Shown here one piece after another: positions 50,635 to 63,802 of a stretch of DNA of 64,000 nt. The position numbers and the translations under genes were made by a program. The notes below the pieces were generated by a model that saw only the letters and a list, made by a program, of their open reading frames with translations, was not told the origin of the DNA and made no database searches. This DNA comes from Callorhinchus milii (lineage: Eukaryota): positions 7,752,001 through 7,816,000 of the forward strand of contig NW_024704742.1 in assembly GCF_018977255.1 (NCBI RefSeq). The letters are read 5' to 3'. Every line of letters begins with the position of its first letter. Position 1 is the stretch's first letter.

Positions 50635-50942
50635 TAGTGGTTAGAGCACTCGTCACGCAAGCGAGAGATCTGGTTTCGATTCCCGACAGGGCGAAATGTT
50701 GGCCAAGTTTACTTACTCCACACGCATCTGTTTACCTAGTAGTAAGTAAGAACCCGGTTATTAGTCGATTGGCGGATCGCTTTTCTGAGGGTAATAATTC
50801 CATCAAAAAAAATAATAATAATAAATTGGTCACTTCAATCCACGACTGTTTGTGCGCAATTGGCTGTCATATTTCCCCCACAAAAAATACAATCAATTCA
50901 CTTTACAGTCTATTCTGTGAAGCGCTTTGAGACGTCTCGAAG
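50635..50942 (+). mobile_element. SINE, older subfamily, tail lost
   Basis: Family match. Confidence 0.9.
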
Positions 50943-52158
50943 CAATTGTAACCCCTGAAAATGCCACAACACATGGGAGCCCAAATGGACTCAGTTTTAT
51001 AGCTTTAGGTAGATAGAATTTGAATCATCTGGGAAGGGGAATATAAAATGTGAGCTGGTGGAGCTGCTGAGATGCCAAAATCAGAGCAACATCAAGGACT
51101 GTTTGTAAGCATATTTCACAGCGACCGAAATACAAGGTTTTCAAAATTCAAATGCATTTTATTTGACTTTTAATATCGTACATCAGAACAGAATTGCATT
51201 GCAGAATCAGTACTTTTGAGACATATTTCAGTCACTTTGACCCCCGTACTGTTAATTATTTTTCCCTTCTCAGCCCCCCCACCCCTCAGCTCCCAACCCC
51301 GCTCAGGTGACTATCAGAGTAATAATAATAATAATCCTTTCATTTGATACAGGACCTTATCACATCATTGAGACAAATCAAAGCGCTTCACAAAATATAC
51401 TGTTAACATTCTTATATGTATCTACATTGCTAAGTGCTTTGACATGTCCTGCCAAACGTGAAAGGCGTTATACAAAGGTAAATGTGAGTTTATATTTTAT
51501 TGTTCATTGGCATCCTTTTTATATTATTTTAGTGCAAAAGCTTACATGAATTTTCGCGCTGCAGTTAGAAGTTAGCACCTCCGCAGCACCGCAAAGCAAC
51601 TGATTTTAAACACTTGTCGGGCTTTGTGTGTTTGATGACCTTCACGATGAGGCTGATGTAAAGCTGTGAAAGACAAACTGAAGTCTGCTGAAAATTGATG
51701 GAATCAACCTTACAGCCCGGCAATGATGAACCTCTGGAGAAAAGTATTCCACCTGCGTCTAGATTTATACTTAGAATTTGGGAGCGTTTAGAATTTGGCA
51801 AATTATTGAAATTGAGTTTTAACTTTGAAGCCGTTTTATTTGGCTTCAAAGCTATTTTATTTGGCTTCAAAGAAATGATGGTAAAAGGATTTCAAAGTTA
51901 GGAGTTTGGTGCTACCATCCAAATTCTGAATGTTAAGAAAACAATAATAATATATCCTTAAATTTGATATAGCGCCTTATCATGTCATTGAGACACTTCA
52001 CAGATTATATTGTAAACCGGATTGATGGTGTAGTTCGTTCTTATATATACGTATGTATTTATACATTTATTATCTGTGTATTTTGTGGGCGAAATAAATA
52101 AACATATAACTAAATGCAGTAAATAAAAAAATCTAGATTCAGTTGCAATTTCTACCTC

Positions 52159-52484
52159 ATAATAATAATAATAATAATAATCCTTGCATTTGATATAGTG
52201 CTTTTCACGTCGAGAGGACGTCCCAAAGCGCTTCACAGAACACACTGTAAAGTGAATTGACTGTATATTTGTGGGCGAACGCGGCAGCCAATTGCGCACA
52301 GCAATGTCCCACAAACAGTCATGGGTTGAAAATGACCAATTTATTATTGTTTTTGGTTTTGGAGGGATTATTATTAGGCGTGTGGAGTAAGGAAACTTGC
52401 CCAAGGTTTCGCCCTCTGCCTGGAATTGAACTCAGGTCTCTCGCACGCAAAGCGAGTGCTCAACCACTGAGCTACAGGACTCCA
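52159..52484 (-). mobile_element. Full-length young SINE
   Basis: Reverse complement of the 34229-type sequence. Confidence 0.95.
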
Positions 52485-52877
52485 AATATAATATCATAAT
52501 ATCAGTATGGCATTTCTGACAATCAATAATAATAATCATCATTATATTTGATATAACACCTTTCACTGGAGGCAACACATCTCTCAAACTGCTTCAAAAG
52601 ATTTTACTGACAAGTGTAGAATCTGTATTTTGTGTAGGGGAACTGCTTCAATTTGAATTCTTGAAATCTTAACACTATCTTCTTTATTTTATAATAATAA
52701 TAATAACCCTTGCACTTGATACAGCACCTTATCACGTCTTTGAGACGTCTCAAAGCACTTCACGGAATATATTGTAGAGTGAATTGACTGTGTATTTTGT
52801 GGGAATTGACTATATTTTGGGGGAAATAACTGCATATTTTTGCTTGATCAAAATCGTTACAGGGCACAATTAGAAAG

Positions 52878-52926
<49 letters not shown>

Positions 52927-53180
52927 TGGGGGGGGAGTGTTGAAAAGATACTGGTGGGATTGGGTTATTTTAAATCATTTGCAGCAGAGCTCTTGATAGC
53001 ATTGGCAAGACATTTACTCGGGTTAAATTCAATCATAAAGAGCCATTCCCTTTTTTTAAAATGGTTACACCAATAGGTGATAGATGGCAGGCAATGCTTT
53101 ACGTGTTGAACAGTGGGAAATGAAGTACATAATCTAGGGTTTGAGATGACATTGTAAAAGAGGATAGTAGAGTGTATAAA

Positions 53181-53499
53181 TAATAATAATAATAATAATC
53201 CTTGCATTTGATATAGCGCTTTTCATGTCGGGAGGACGTCCCAAAGCACTTCACAGAACACACAGTAAAGTGAATTGACTGTATATTTGTGGGCGAACGC
53301 GGCAGCCAATTGCGCACAGCAATGTCCCACAAACAGTCGTAGATTGAAAATGACCAATTTATTATTGTTTGGGGTTTTTGGAGGGATTATTATTAGACTC
53401 TGTGTGGAGTAAGGAAACTTGCCCAAGGTTTCGCCCTCTGTCTGGAATTGAACTCTGGGCTCTCGCTTGCAAAGCGAGTGCTCTAACCACTGAGCTACA
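53181..53499 (-). mobile_element. Full-length young SINE
   Basis: Reverse complement of the 34229-type sequence. Confidence 0.95.
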
Positions 53500-53889
53500 C
53501 ATAAACCCCACTAAATCAGATGCTGCAGATTAGCATCCAGTTCCCCAGCACCAACATTACACGAATGTCTAACGAACAGAGCAATGGGTGGTCTGAGGGC
53601 AATGCTGGGGCTAAACAGCACATGGAGTCACACACAAAAAAAAACACTGCCCAAAGTGTTCCTGTGGCTCTCCCAACATTATAACGAACGTGTGCAATCG
53701 CCTTGGGTGTGTGTTCCTTGTTTTACTCGTTTAAGGAGTGTGTGGGGTGTGTGGGGAAAAAAAAACACCACTGGGTTAATGTGAGGACCGTCTGATTCAC
53801 CTGAACTTTGCAAATATGTGGAGCTTGTGGTGGGTGGTAAAGGTGGTTAATTGCACATTGAAGGTCGTTTCAGTCTGAAACGAAAAAGA

Positions 53890-54003
53890 CTGTATATATG
53901 TATTATATATAATATATATAAATATAAATGTATATAAATATATATATTTATATATTTATAAATATATATAAATATAAATATATATATATAAATATATAAA
54001 TAA
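53890..54003. repeat. AT-rich (TA)n-like tract
   Basis: Directly visible. Confidence 0.93.
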
Positions 54004-54152
54004 ATGTGCTCATTCTGAAAGGTGCCACACACTCACTGTCCAGAATCTTACTCTACAATTGGCAGATGATATCCTGCAGTCTGTGGCCACTGTGGATGAT
54101 CAAGTTGGTGAAGGCTTTAAACGAATGAAAATGGTATTAATGTGATGGTTGG

Positions 54153-54191
<39 letters not shown>

Positions 54192-54409
54192 TCTCTCCCT
54201 TTGCAATCCTGTTTTCAGGTCAGGGAATAAGCATCCAGAGGTTTGCCAGGTTCCCTCAAGTCCAGTTTGTTAAATATGTTACCCTTTCGATATTGTCCAT
54301 CAATTTCTAACACATTTCGATTTGTTCCTGAAACACTACAGCTGGTTTGCACATTCATCATCACTTCCCTCTTTCTGTCTCTCTCTCTCTCTCTCTCATC
54401 CTCTTTCTA

Positions 54410-54443
<34 letters not shown>

Positions 54444-55349
54444 TTATGTTGAATAGCATTGCAGCACCCAAAATAAACACACACTGAAAATAAATAAACA
54501 CAATAAGAAATAAATAAGAAATAAATGAATAAAGACTCAGGTTAGGTTTTGAACGAAACATCAACCGTATGATTTTATTTTGTTTTCAAGAAAATCTGCA
54601 GATTCAAAGCAAAACTCTCCTGACACAACTGTGGTGTCGTTTCTCCTATCGTTTTGATTTATAAATGTGTTGCATTATAACCGTTCAGGAGCAATGTCTG
54701 TCTAACCTTTTGTGGGGGGAACTGGTTTTGATTCAACAATATCAAATTAAATTCAACTCTGCACACAAAATATCCTGAACCCCCACCCCCACCCCCCATC
54801 CCATCCCCTTACAGTGTGATCTGCTTCTCTTCTGGTCCTCAATGGCATAACGAATGCAACAAAATACAATGGAAATCCACCTTTTCCTGTTGAGCAAAAC
54901 CAAAAAGTTTGCTGCAAGTAGTCAACACATTTATTCCCGTGTGCTGCTGCTGTTGGTCGTTTCCTTGCAATTTCCATCTGCTTGAAGATGGAAGTGTCTC
55001 TTCAGCAGCAGCTCAGTGGGGTTGGAACATGGACCTTCTGTCAATCAGAGTCATTGCCAAAGTCACTGCGGTCAGAGCAGGTCTGCAATTGGCCTCTTCA
55101 ATCATCTGGTCCCTTGGAATCCCCTTTGGTTGACAGTGATTCCTTGTTTGCAAACCGTTTCTTTCCATGACCCCTTTCTTTCCTGCTATGCAGGTTTCCA
55201 TTTCAAATGCTGCGTTTGGCAATTGGCAGAGCGTTGAGAGAATCGTATTTGCAGGAGTTTGCAGCTGCCAGTCTGGGGGTCTGAGTGCCTCTGTTTAAAC
55301 TATCACTGTTTTAAGTGGATCTGTCTTAAAAAGGTCTTACAATGGCAGT

Positions 55350-55610
55350 GTTTTATATATATATATTATATTACATTATTATGTATTTATATATTATATA
55401 TTAATATATTATATTATTATATTATATTATATATAACCCATATATACAAATTATGTATAGGTTATATATAATATAAAATAATAATAATGTTGAATTTAGA
55501 TTATAAATATATATATACAAATTATATATATATATCTATAATCTAAATTCAACAGTTTCAATGAAATTGAAATAATAATTTCAATATAATAACATTATAC
55601 ACTACATAAT
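55350..55610. repeat. AT-rich low-complexity tract containing a long palindrome
   Basis: Directly visible. Confidence 0.9.
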
Positions 55611-57924
55611 ATGTACAGGATGACCAAAACGTTGTTATGCCATTGCAATGTCTAATAAGTCTGAAAGAAATTATGATTTTTTTTGTTTCTTTTAGATAAT
55701 AGGATGGATATCAGGACTGTTTTGATCACCCTGAGTTATACATCATTTCGTTGAAGCTGCAGAATTTAGCATTTATTTCTGCAGATTGAGACGCAGAAAC
55801 CGAATGCATTTTGAAGCTGTGGTTTGCAATAAAATACATCCTTTTGGTGCGTTTGATATGAAATTTAAAGGTGGATTTGCATTATAAAGAGGTGCAGTGT
55901 TGATGATCCATTTTGCAGATGCAGTACTTGCTCAGTAATCTTGACAGTGCTGTGTTATTCTCTTTGCTTTTCACACTGTAACACATCAAATGCCAACAAG
56001 GCGACTCAAATCTGCGGTTCACTTATTTCAATTGAGCTGCTAATTTCAGCAAATGATGGCAAAGTCAAAATGATGTTTAATATGCTTGAATGACTTGCCA
56101 CCGTCAGGAGAAATCCTCATCATTGTGCAGTTTGATTCGTGAACGAAAATAAACCGAATGCAATCTTTTTTCGTTTGCTTTCCCAATTGGAAATCCTCAC
56201 ATGGAATTAAAAAGATGTGGAAACGCACAAAACTCAGCCTCTCGTTTGCGTGAAATGTCAATTAAAAGCGTGTGCAAAGGACTGTTGAGATTTGGATGGA
56301 ATTAAACTGATCAGATATATTTTGCTCTTTTAATTCTCTCCAAAAAAAAACAATCTGTGCAAAATAAAAGTGGCCAAATCACACATCAAAGGTAAAGGAT
56401 AAAACGAAATGTTACTGTGTGAAGTAGTCTTTTGACAAACTAAGACTTCTAAACACTAGTGCTGCTCCTACCCCTTACACTAAGGTAATATGATTAAACA
56501 TTAAGATATTCCCTTTGTGCTTTTTTTTGTGCTTAAAAATATTCAGCAGGTTTGCAACACGTCCCCCTTTGAAGATGCAACTCTGGCATGAAAATAGATG
56601 TGGTCGGTGGCTGTCTGCAAAGGAAGTTGAGTCCTCAAGGGAGGTTTTGCAAAGGTGAACTGAATCCCACACTCCACACTCGCACCAGTGTTCTGCTTGC
56701 CAGGACTATTTAGCAGATCCACCAGACAGCTTTGTTAGGTGTTTGTCCCTCTGAGACAGCTCATTGCTGTGGGCATTCATGAGAGGAGCCAGGCATTCAG
56801 GCTGTGCCATGCATTCAGGACAATGTTCCCAAGTCCCACACAATGTACCAGTTCATCTGCATAATCCCTCTGCTTTATACAGACTAGGAGTGGATGCAGG
56901 CGTGTCGACTCTGACAGCTTCATTACACTGGAAAGCTTCAATTGCTGCTGAGTTGCTGACTGCTGCTCTGCTATTGAGCCTTACACATCTGGAGTTCTAC
57001 TTGTTTTTATTGCACTCCATTTAAGCACAACACAAGTGGGTCTACAACAGTGATATGATTTGTTTAACCCATGTCGATATAGGCAGTTCAAAAAAAAAAT
57101 CCCTCCCCCACCCACCACACCTCTCTCCTGAGGTTTTGTATGATTGCAAGAGATTTTCGGTGTTTCTTTTTCTACAGTTTTTATCATTTGGCTTTTCGCA
57201 ACGTTGTTATTATGAATAATTTTAATAATAATCTTTGCATCTGTTATGCAACACTCCTTCAGTGAGTGATCGATTTTGCCCAGCAAAGTCCAGCACGTCC
57301 ATAACATTATTATTTAAAGTGCACGTGAATTATTTACACCATGTTAGTTACCCTTTTAACATGGTTTCTTCATCCGAAATCGAAGTGTGAGTGGCACCAC
57401 GCTGACTAGGGAAGTGACTGCCTGCACGCTAGATGTCCAACAATATTCTCGTGCTGATTTGGGAGATGCGATCAGACAATAACCAACAAAATTCATACTG
57501 ATAGCCTAAATGTGCCGCTTCAGAGAGTCAATTAACTGCAGCTCATTCATTGGTTACAGTTAGGACCTTAAACAACTGGCGGTTGGAATGTGTTGCCTGT
57601 CCTAATAATGCAATGCTATTGCTGTAAGTAGTGTGATTTGAAATGATTGACCTGCTCGCTGGTCACACGGTTAATTTCGAAGCTCTCCCGTCATTTAAAA
57701 AGGTTGACATTTTAAAGGGTTGTTGAATACCTTTTTTAGAATAAACTATATCATATTTATTACTGATATTGGTAATAATACATTTTGAGCAGAGATACTT
57801 ATCTGTGAACAGAGAACTTCACCAGAACATCAAGTGCAGTGCAATGCAGTTATGCTGCTTTTTAAACAGAGCAAATGTCAATGATTCATTACAAGTCACA
57901 GAATCAGTACATATATGAGTCATT

Positions 57925-58480
57925 TTGGCTGCCACATTTCGCCCACAAAATATACAGTCAATTCTCTTTACAGTGTATTCTGTGAAGTGCTTTGAGATGT
58001 CTCGAAGATGTGATAATGTGCTATATCAAATGGAAGGATTATTATTTTTATTAATAATAAAGGAACAGTTCTTTTCATTGATGACAAAACATTACTTACA
58101 TCAAAAATCATTGCTGAAAGAATCAAAATCAGAACAAAACAGGTTTCTGTGCATAATAATAATCCTCACATTTGATTTAGCACCTTATCACATCTTCGAA
58201 GCGTCTCAAAGCACTTAATAATAATAATAATAATCCTTGCATTTGATATAGCGCTTTTCACGTCGGGAGGACGTCCCAAAGCGCTTCACCGAATATACTG
58301 TAAAGTGAAATGCCTGTATATTTGGGGGACGAATCGCGGCAACCAATTGCCCACAGCAGTGTCCCACAAACAGTCGTGGATTGAGTGACCAAATTATTAT
58401 TTTTATTATTAATTTTTATTTTATTTGGAAGGAAATATTACCCCCCCAAAACGTGATCCGCCAATTGACTAACAAGCGGG
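57925..58480. mobile_element. Cluster of SINE fragments (+ 57925-58045; - 58153-58216; - 58217-58480)
   Basis: Family match. Confidence 0.85.
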
Positions 58481-59039
58481 TTGAGCTCAATTTGAAGGAA
58501 CCAAGTATATTGCTGAACGAAAAATGATTCTCCAATTGGACAGTGACAAATGTTAAGCATCTCAACCATGGCAAGATAAGAATGCATTCAAGGTGCCTAC
58601 TCACAGGCACAACTAGCATACTTTATGATTCTGTGTAGCACCATTGGGTGTAGAGATTTGCGCGATTTTATTTTATCATTCAAACATTTGCTCATGAGAC
58701 ATCGCTGGAAAAAAATCATTGCTGAAAGAATCAAATTCAGAACAGAACAGGGTTTCCATTAAGCATCTCAATCATGGCAAGCTAAGAACACTTGGCGGCA
58801 CCAAGTCCCAGTGCTGTATTATGTTTGAAGTTGTCTTCTGGGTGATTTCTTGAGGGTTTGGCCAGATTTTTGCGGGGCAGGCTCGAGGGACTGAATGGCC
58901 TTTTCCTGCTCCTAATTCTTATGTTCCTAATTCTTATTTTGGCCATACTTATTTGGGTTGTGTATTGATCCTCATCTAGAGGGGAAATATACACTCCCCG
59001 TTATTCAATTGCTTCATGTTCGCTCAACACAAGGTAGTA

Positions 59040-59388
59040 ATAATAATAATATAATAATAATCCTTGCATTTGATATAGCACCTCATCACACCGTTGAGAC
59101 GTCTCAAAGCGCTTCACAGAATATACTGCAAAGTGAATTGACTGTATATTTTGTGGACAATTGTGTGCCAATTGCGCACAGCAGCGTCCCACAACCAGTC
59201 GCAGACTCATTGACCAAATGTTTTATTTTTTTTGAAGGGATTATCATTTCTGGAAAATTGGCTAACAACCGGGTTCCTATTTACTGCTAGATAAACAGAG
59301 CGGTGTAGAGTAAGAAAACTTGGAAACTTGCCTAAGGATTTGCGCCGCTCAGTAATCAAACCCTTGTTTGCAAGGCAAGTGGTCTAAG
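59040..59388 (-). mobile_element. SINE, older subfamily
   Basis: Family match with a decayed head. Confidence 0.88.
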
Positions 59389-62300
59389 TAGAATGGATTT
59401 GACTGGTCTGACCCTCACTCCTGGCGTTTGGGTCATGTTCGTTGAGTCAATTGTATGTGATTGGTAGAAGGATTAGACCTAATTGGATGAATGCCATTTT
59501 CTCATTCCATGCTTCACTTGTTATGACATATAAATGAATCTGGAAGAAAATAGAAAAATATGCCAGCGAGCTGACAAAGTGTATCACATTCAACAATAAA
59601 TTGTCTTCATTGGCTGAGAGTTTGCCTTACTTTCTCAATTATTACTGTAGCACTGTACGAACTCCCACTACTATTAAATGGGAACTCACATTTGAACGAC
59701 CTTGCTTTACTTCTTTTAGGTTTCTCTTGGATGAAATTGAATGATGTAAATAACAAAATGCCAACAGAGTGCAATGCAACAGAGGAACCAGTGAAAAAAT
59801 ATGATGGGCGATGTGATAATTGTTACCAATGTTAGCGATCACGTCGCACTTTCCATTTTTCACTCTTTTATGTGTGGAAATAAACCAAGTCACGGTACTG
59901 AAATGATAATAGTTAAAATGTTCCCAAGTCACAGATTGTCTCTTTACGTAGCAAATATACAACCCGTCCTGTCATTTGTAAGCTCTGTTCTACCCTATAT
60001 TTCCTCACCACCTAATTGATTACATATAACAGGATTTCACTGACTCTTTTTAAAGCTATGTTAAAGGGTTTGGACTTCTGATAATATACTGCTATCTGAA
60101 AATGTATCTCCCTACTCCCACCACAACCATTAATTCTCGAGAAACGTCAAGCATCACAACTGGAAGGTCATGAGTTCAAGTCCCAGGATGGCTTCCCGAC
60201 CAAACCCACGATGAATAAATCATGAATGTCCATGGAATACTTCATGAATTTTCATGGGTGTTGGTAGACGAACATACATAAAGTCCACCAAGTAGTTCAT
60301 GGTCACTCACATACATCCACAGCCACTAAACAGTCTTCCTTCAGTTCACAGGCAATCTCAATCAGAATCAACGTGTTGTGTGCAGTTCATCAAATGCCAT
60401 GAAAACCACATCATTTTTCTCAAAAAAATGGATTCTACATGTTTCAGAGCAAAACAGTTCAGGATATTCATAAACTGTTCTGAAATGTGGGAAGAGAATT
60501 CAGACGACGAGTGCCTGATTAGCTTTGCTTTGCAGAAATCCATTGAGCGCCAAAAAAAATCTCTGAATTTGCACGGAAAATAAGATTGAAGGAATGAAAA
60601 TAGCACTTCACGTATCTTTGGGACATTTTCTATATTCTTGGAACGTCTGAGCAAATCTGAAGATTTCAGAGCAAATTTTGTGAAATCTTCACTCTAGAAT
60701 AAGAGTAAAATATAACACTACACAATAGCTTTTAGTCATGAATGAACTCTACATGCTATTATCATGGTTATTGTTTCTGAAACTAATTTCCATGAGTCTG
60801 CCAGCACTATAGAGTAGGGACAAGGGGAAAGCAGAAGGAAAAAGAGAGCAGCTAGACCTGTATAAATGAAGTATGATTTCCTGCTTTTAGCAACTCTCGG
60901 AGGAGGAATACGGATTCCCATGGCAATCATAACTAAAAAATATTTCAGTAGAAAAGCCTTAATCAGCACTTTCTGTTTTGACAACTTCTAAGGATTCAAG
61001 CTAAGGTACTTATACACATAATCACTTGTGCAACGTAGAAAGTGCATGTGATGTAGCAACTTGACAAGATAAATGCATAGACTCGATCCTAAACCCATTG
61101 CATTTGATTTCAAATTGAATGGCAACAGCTTGCTTAAGTGATTGGACAAATGTAAGGAGGACTGCTTTCAACATACACTGTTCCTCCCATCCCTGCATTG
61201 TTAAACAGCAAAAACATGGTATACAATAAGATCAGTGTGGATATAATCTGGAAACCCAGCATTTTTGGTTGTACTCCAGAAAGAACCATTTTGGTGAGGT
61301 CAGTGAACATATCCATTAGTGAGACGTTTCTATGAGGAATCTTGTAGATCTGTAAATTTACATCTGATCAGGTCACATCCAAACTAATAAAGTTTAACTC
61401 TGGCCAACGCATAACATGTACTGAGCATAGCTCCAGGAATGCCCTATCTGGAAAACTTGGTTGAGACAGAATCTGTATTACTTTTCTCTTAAAAGGGAAC
61501 TAACCAAATAAATGAAAAGTAGAAAACATAAAAAGTATGGGGAAAAGGCAAGAGAATGGTGCTCAATGGATAATGTGTTCAGCACCATGGGCCAAATATC
61601 TTCTTTGCTGTAAATTTCTATGGTTTTATGACTTTATGCTATCGGATTTTGCTTACTTATTTAATCCCGTGTTGTATGCAAGATTGCCCCAACATTGATT
61701 TTAGGGGTTTCTGATACCTAATTTACTGGCATCAACGGAATGGCTCCCTACAGAGAGGATGTCTTTCTAGGCGAAGGAAGAAATAAATAAAAATTGCCGT
61801 GATTTCTGTTTTAATTCCTTAAAAAAAATAAGAATAATAAATAAATAATCTCTCAATCCGCAACTGGTTGTTGGACACTGCTTTGCGCAATTGGCTGCTA
61901 GATTGATAGTTTATATATATATATGCAGTGCCATCTCTGAAAGCCTCTTTCACCCACTAAATATACAGCCAATTCACTTTACAGCGTATTCTGTGCAGCG
62001 CTTTGAAACGTCTCGAAGAGTGATAAGGCGCTATATAAAATGCAAGGATTATTATTATTATATTATCATTATTTCCCCTCCTCATGTCAAAATGGAAGGT
62101 ACTTCTTGCCACATTGCATCAATATGCTTCTGTTCACCAGTAAATCTCAGGTCAGCCAACACGTAACAGAAGCAGTTTTACTTCTCAACGTTATGTGCTG
62201 TGGATTTATATTCTACGATTGCTCTGGTATCATCAATATCCATCAAGTGGTGGAGGACAGGCTGGCCTGGCGTATTTGATAGATGTTATTCATCAATGCA

Positions 62301-62857
62301 CTCGTCACGCACAAACATCAAAGCCTAGTTCCGTACCGTGCAAACTTGAGGGACTTTTGTCCGAGTGAAATAATTCCATTCTTGGCTGAGTGTCAGACGG
62401 GATAGCGCAGAAACTAACTGCTCTCCAGGGGAATCAACGGCACTTGCCTTTTTCAACTACTATGTTTGCTTGAATCATATCTTCCACACCCAGTTCTCGG
62501 AACAGAATTCATAATTGATCGTGGACGAGCTGTTCCGTGCTTTCAGCCGCAGGAGGTTGTTGAATGGGACTTTAAAAAAAAACACACAGGTCGTTAAAAA
62601 CATGATAACAATATAAAATAGCAAAAAATGTGTAACTAACAACGGCAGGTTTTATGAAACCTTCACTGTTCCCTTTTGTTTCCTCGTCACTGTGCAGTTT
62701 GAGATTCCTGTTGTAATAATTTTATTTTCAACAACATTGATGCTAATTTTCATTATTTGGTGTGAATCCAAATAATGCATTTGAATCCAGTGCCTCTGTT
62801 ACATAAGTAATTTTATTTATTGTAAAGCAAGATTGTGTTTGCGCATCTAATATTCGT

Positions 62858-63232
62858 GTGGAGTCCTGTAGCTCAGCGGTTAGAGCACTCGCCTCGCAAG
62901 CGAGAGTGACCTGGGTTCGATTCCCAGCAGAGCGAAACCTTGGGCAAGTTTCCTTACTCCACACGCCTCTGTTTACCTAGCAATAAGTTGGAACCCAGTT
63001 GTTAGTCGATTGGCGGATCACTTTTCCAGGGGTAATAATTACATTTTTAAAAAAAAGTTGGTCATTTCAATCGATGACTGTTCGTGGGACACTGCTGTGC
63101 GCAATTGGCTGTCGCATTTCGACCACAAAATATACCATTAATTCACTTTACAGTATATTCCGTGAAGTGCTTTGCAACATCTTGAAAACATGGTAAGGCT
63201 CTATATCAAACGCAAGGATTATTATTATTATT
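62858..63232 (+). mobile_element. Full-length SINE, older (long-CORE) subfamily
   Basis: Head, CORE-like block, Deu-type 3' part and tail all present. Confidence 0.93.
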
Positions 63233-63419
63233 CAGCAGCTTGATATTCAACCAGTCTATAAACTCCATCTCCTGTCTTCACATTGAGGTAAAACCAGAAA
63301 GGAATGCAAGTGACGATGCCTTAAAATATGGCATTTCCATGAGACCAGTCACCAAGATGAGATATTGTGATATTTTGTTCATAAGGAACAATACATTTGA
63401 CAGAACCGTGTCTCCAATC

Positions 63420-63802
63420 GTAATAAATAATCCTTAAAACCAATGTATCACATTGCTGAGACATCTCAAATCGCTTCACAGGATTTTACTGTGAAGTGTC
63501 GTATTTATGTATTTGTAGGTAAACAAGGCAGCCTATTTGTGAACAGAAATGCCATGAAATGAATAATTTTATCTGGGGTATTGTTGGCCAGGACACCAGG
63601 AGAAATTTACTTCTCTTTTTGAATAGTGTCTGGGATCTTTAACATCCACCTGAAGGAGCAGACGGGACCACCGTTTAGTGTCTCATCTTTAGGATGGCTC
63701 TTCTGGCAATACCTCACACCCACCACAGCATTTGAGCGTACACATAAATAATATGAGCTACAAGTCCTGACGTGGGGCTTGAACCAACAACCTTCTGACT
63801 CA
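63420..63802 (-). mobile_element. Old DeuSINE
   Basis: ttggccaggacaccaggagaa...ttgaatagtgtctgggatctttaacatccacctgaaggagcagacggg. Confidence 0.8.

Noticed and set aside
54753..55237. Cluster of overlapping 60-75 aa ORFs
   Set aside because: No recognisable domain and no consistent splice signals; treated as non-coding.
55697..55760. Possible exon 2 for the 47911 donor
   Set aside because: The joined frame stops after 31 codons (…SRDNRMDIRTVLITLSYTSFR*); not supportable as a CDS.
61578..61598. REST/RE1-like TTCAGCACCATGG
   Set aside because: Right half-site is poor and it lies in a decayed CR1 3' UTR; the motif at ~47190-47205 is likewise only a right half-site.
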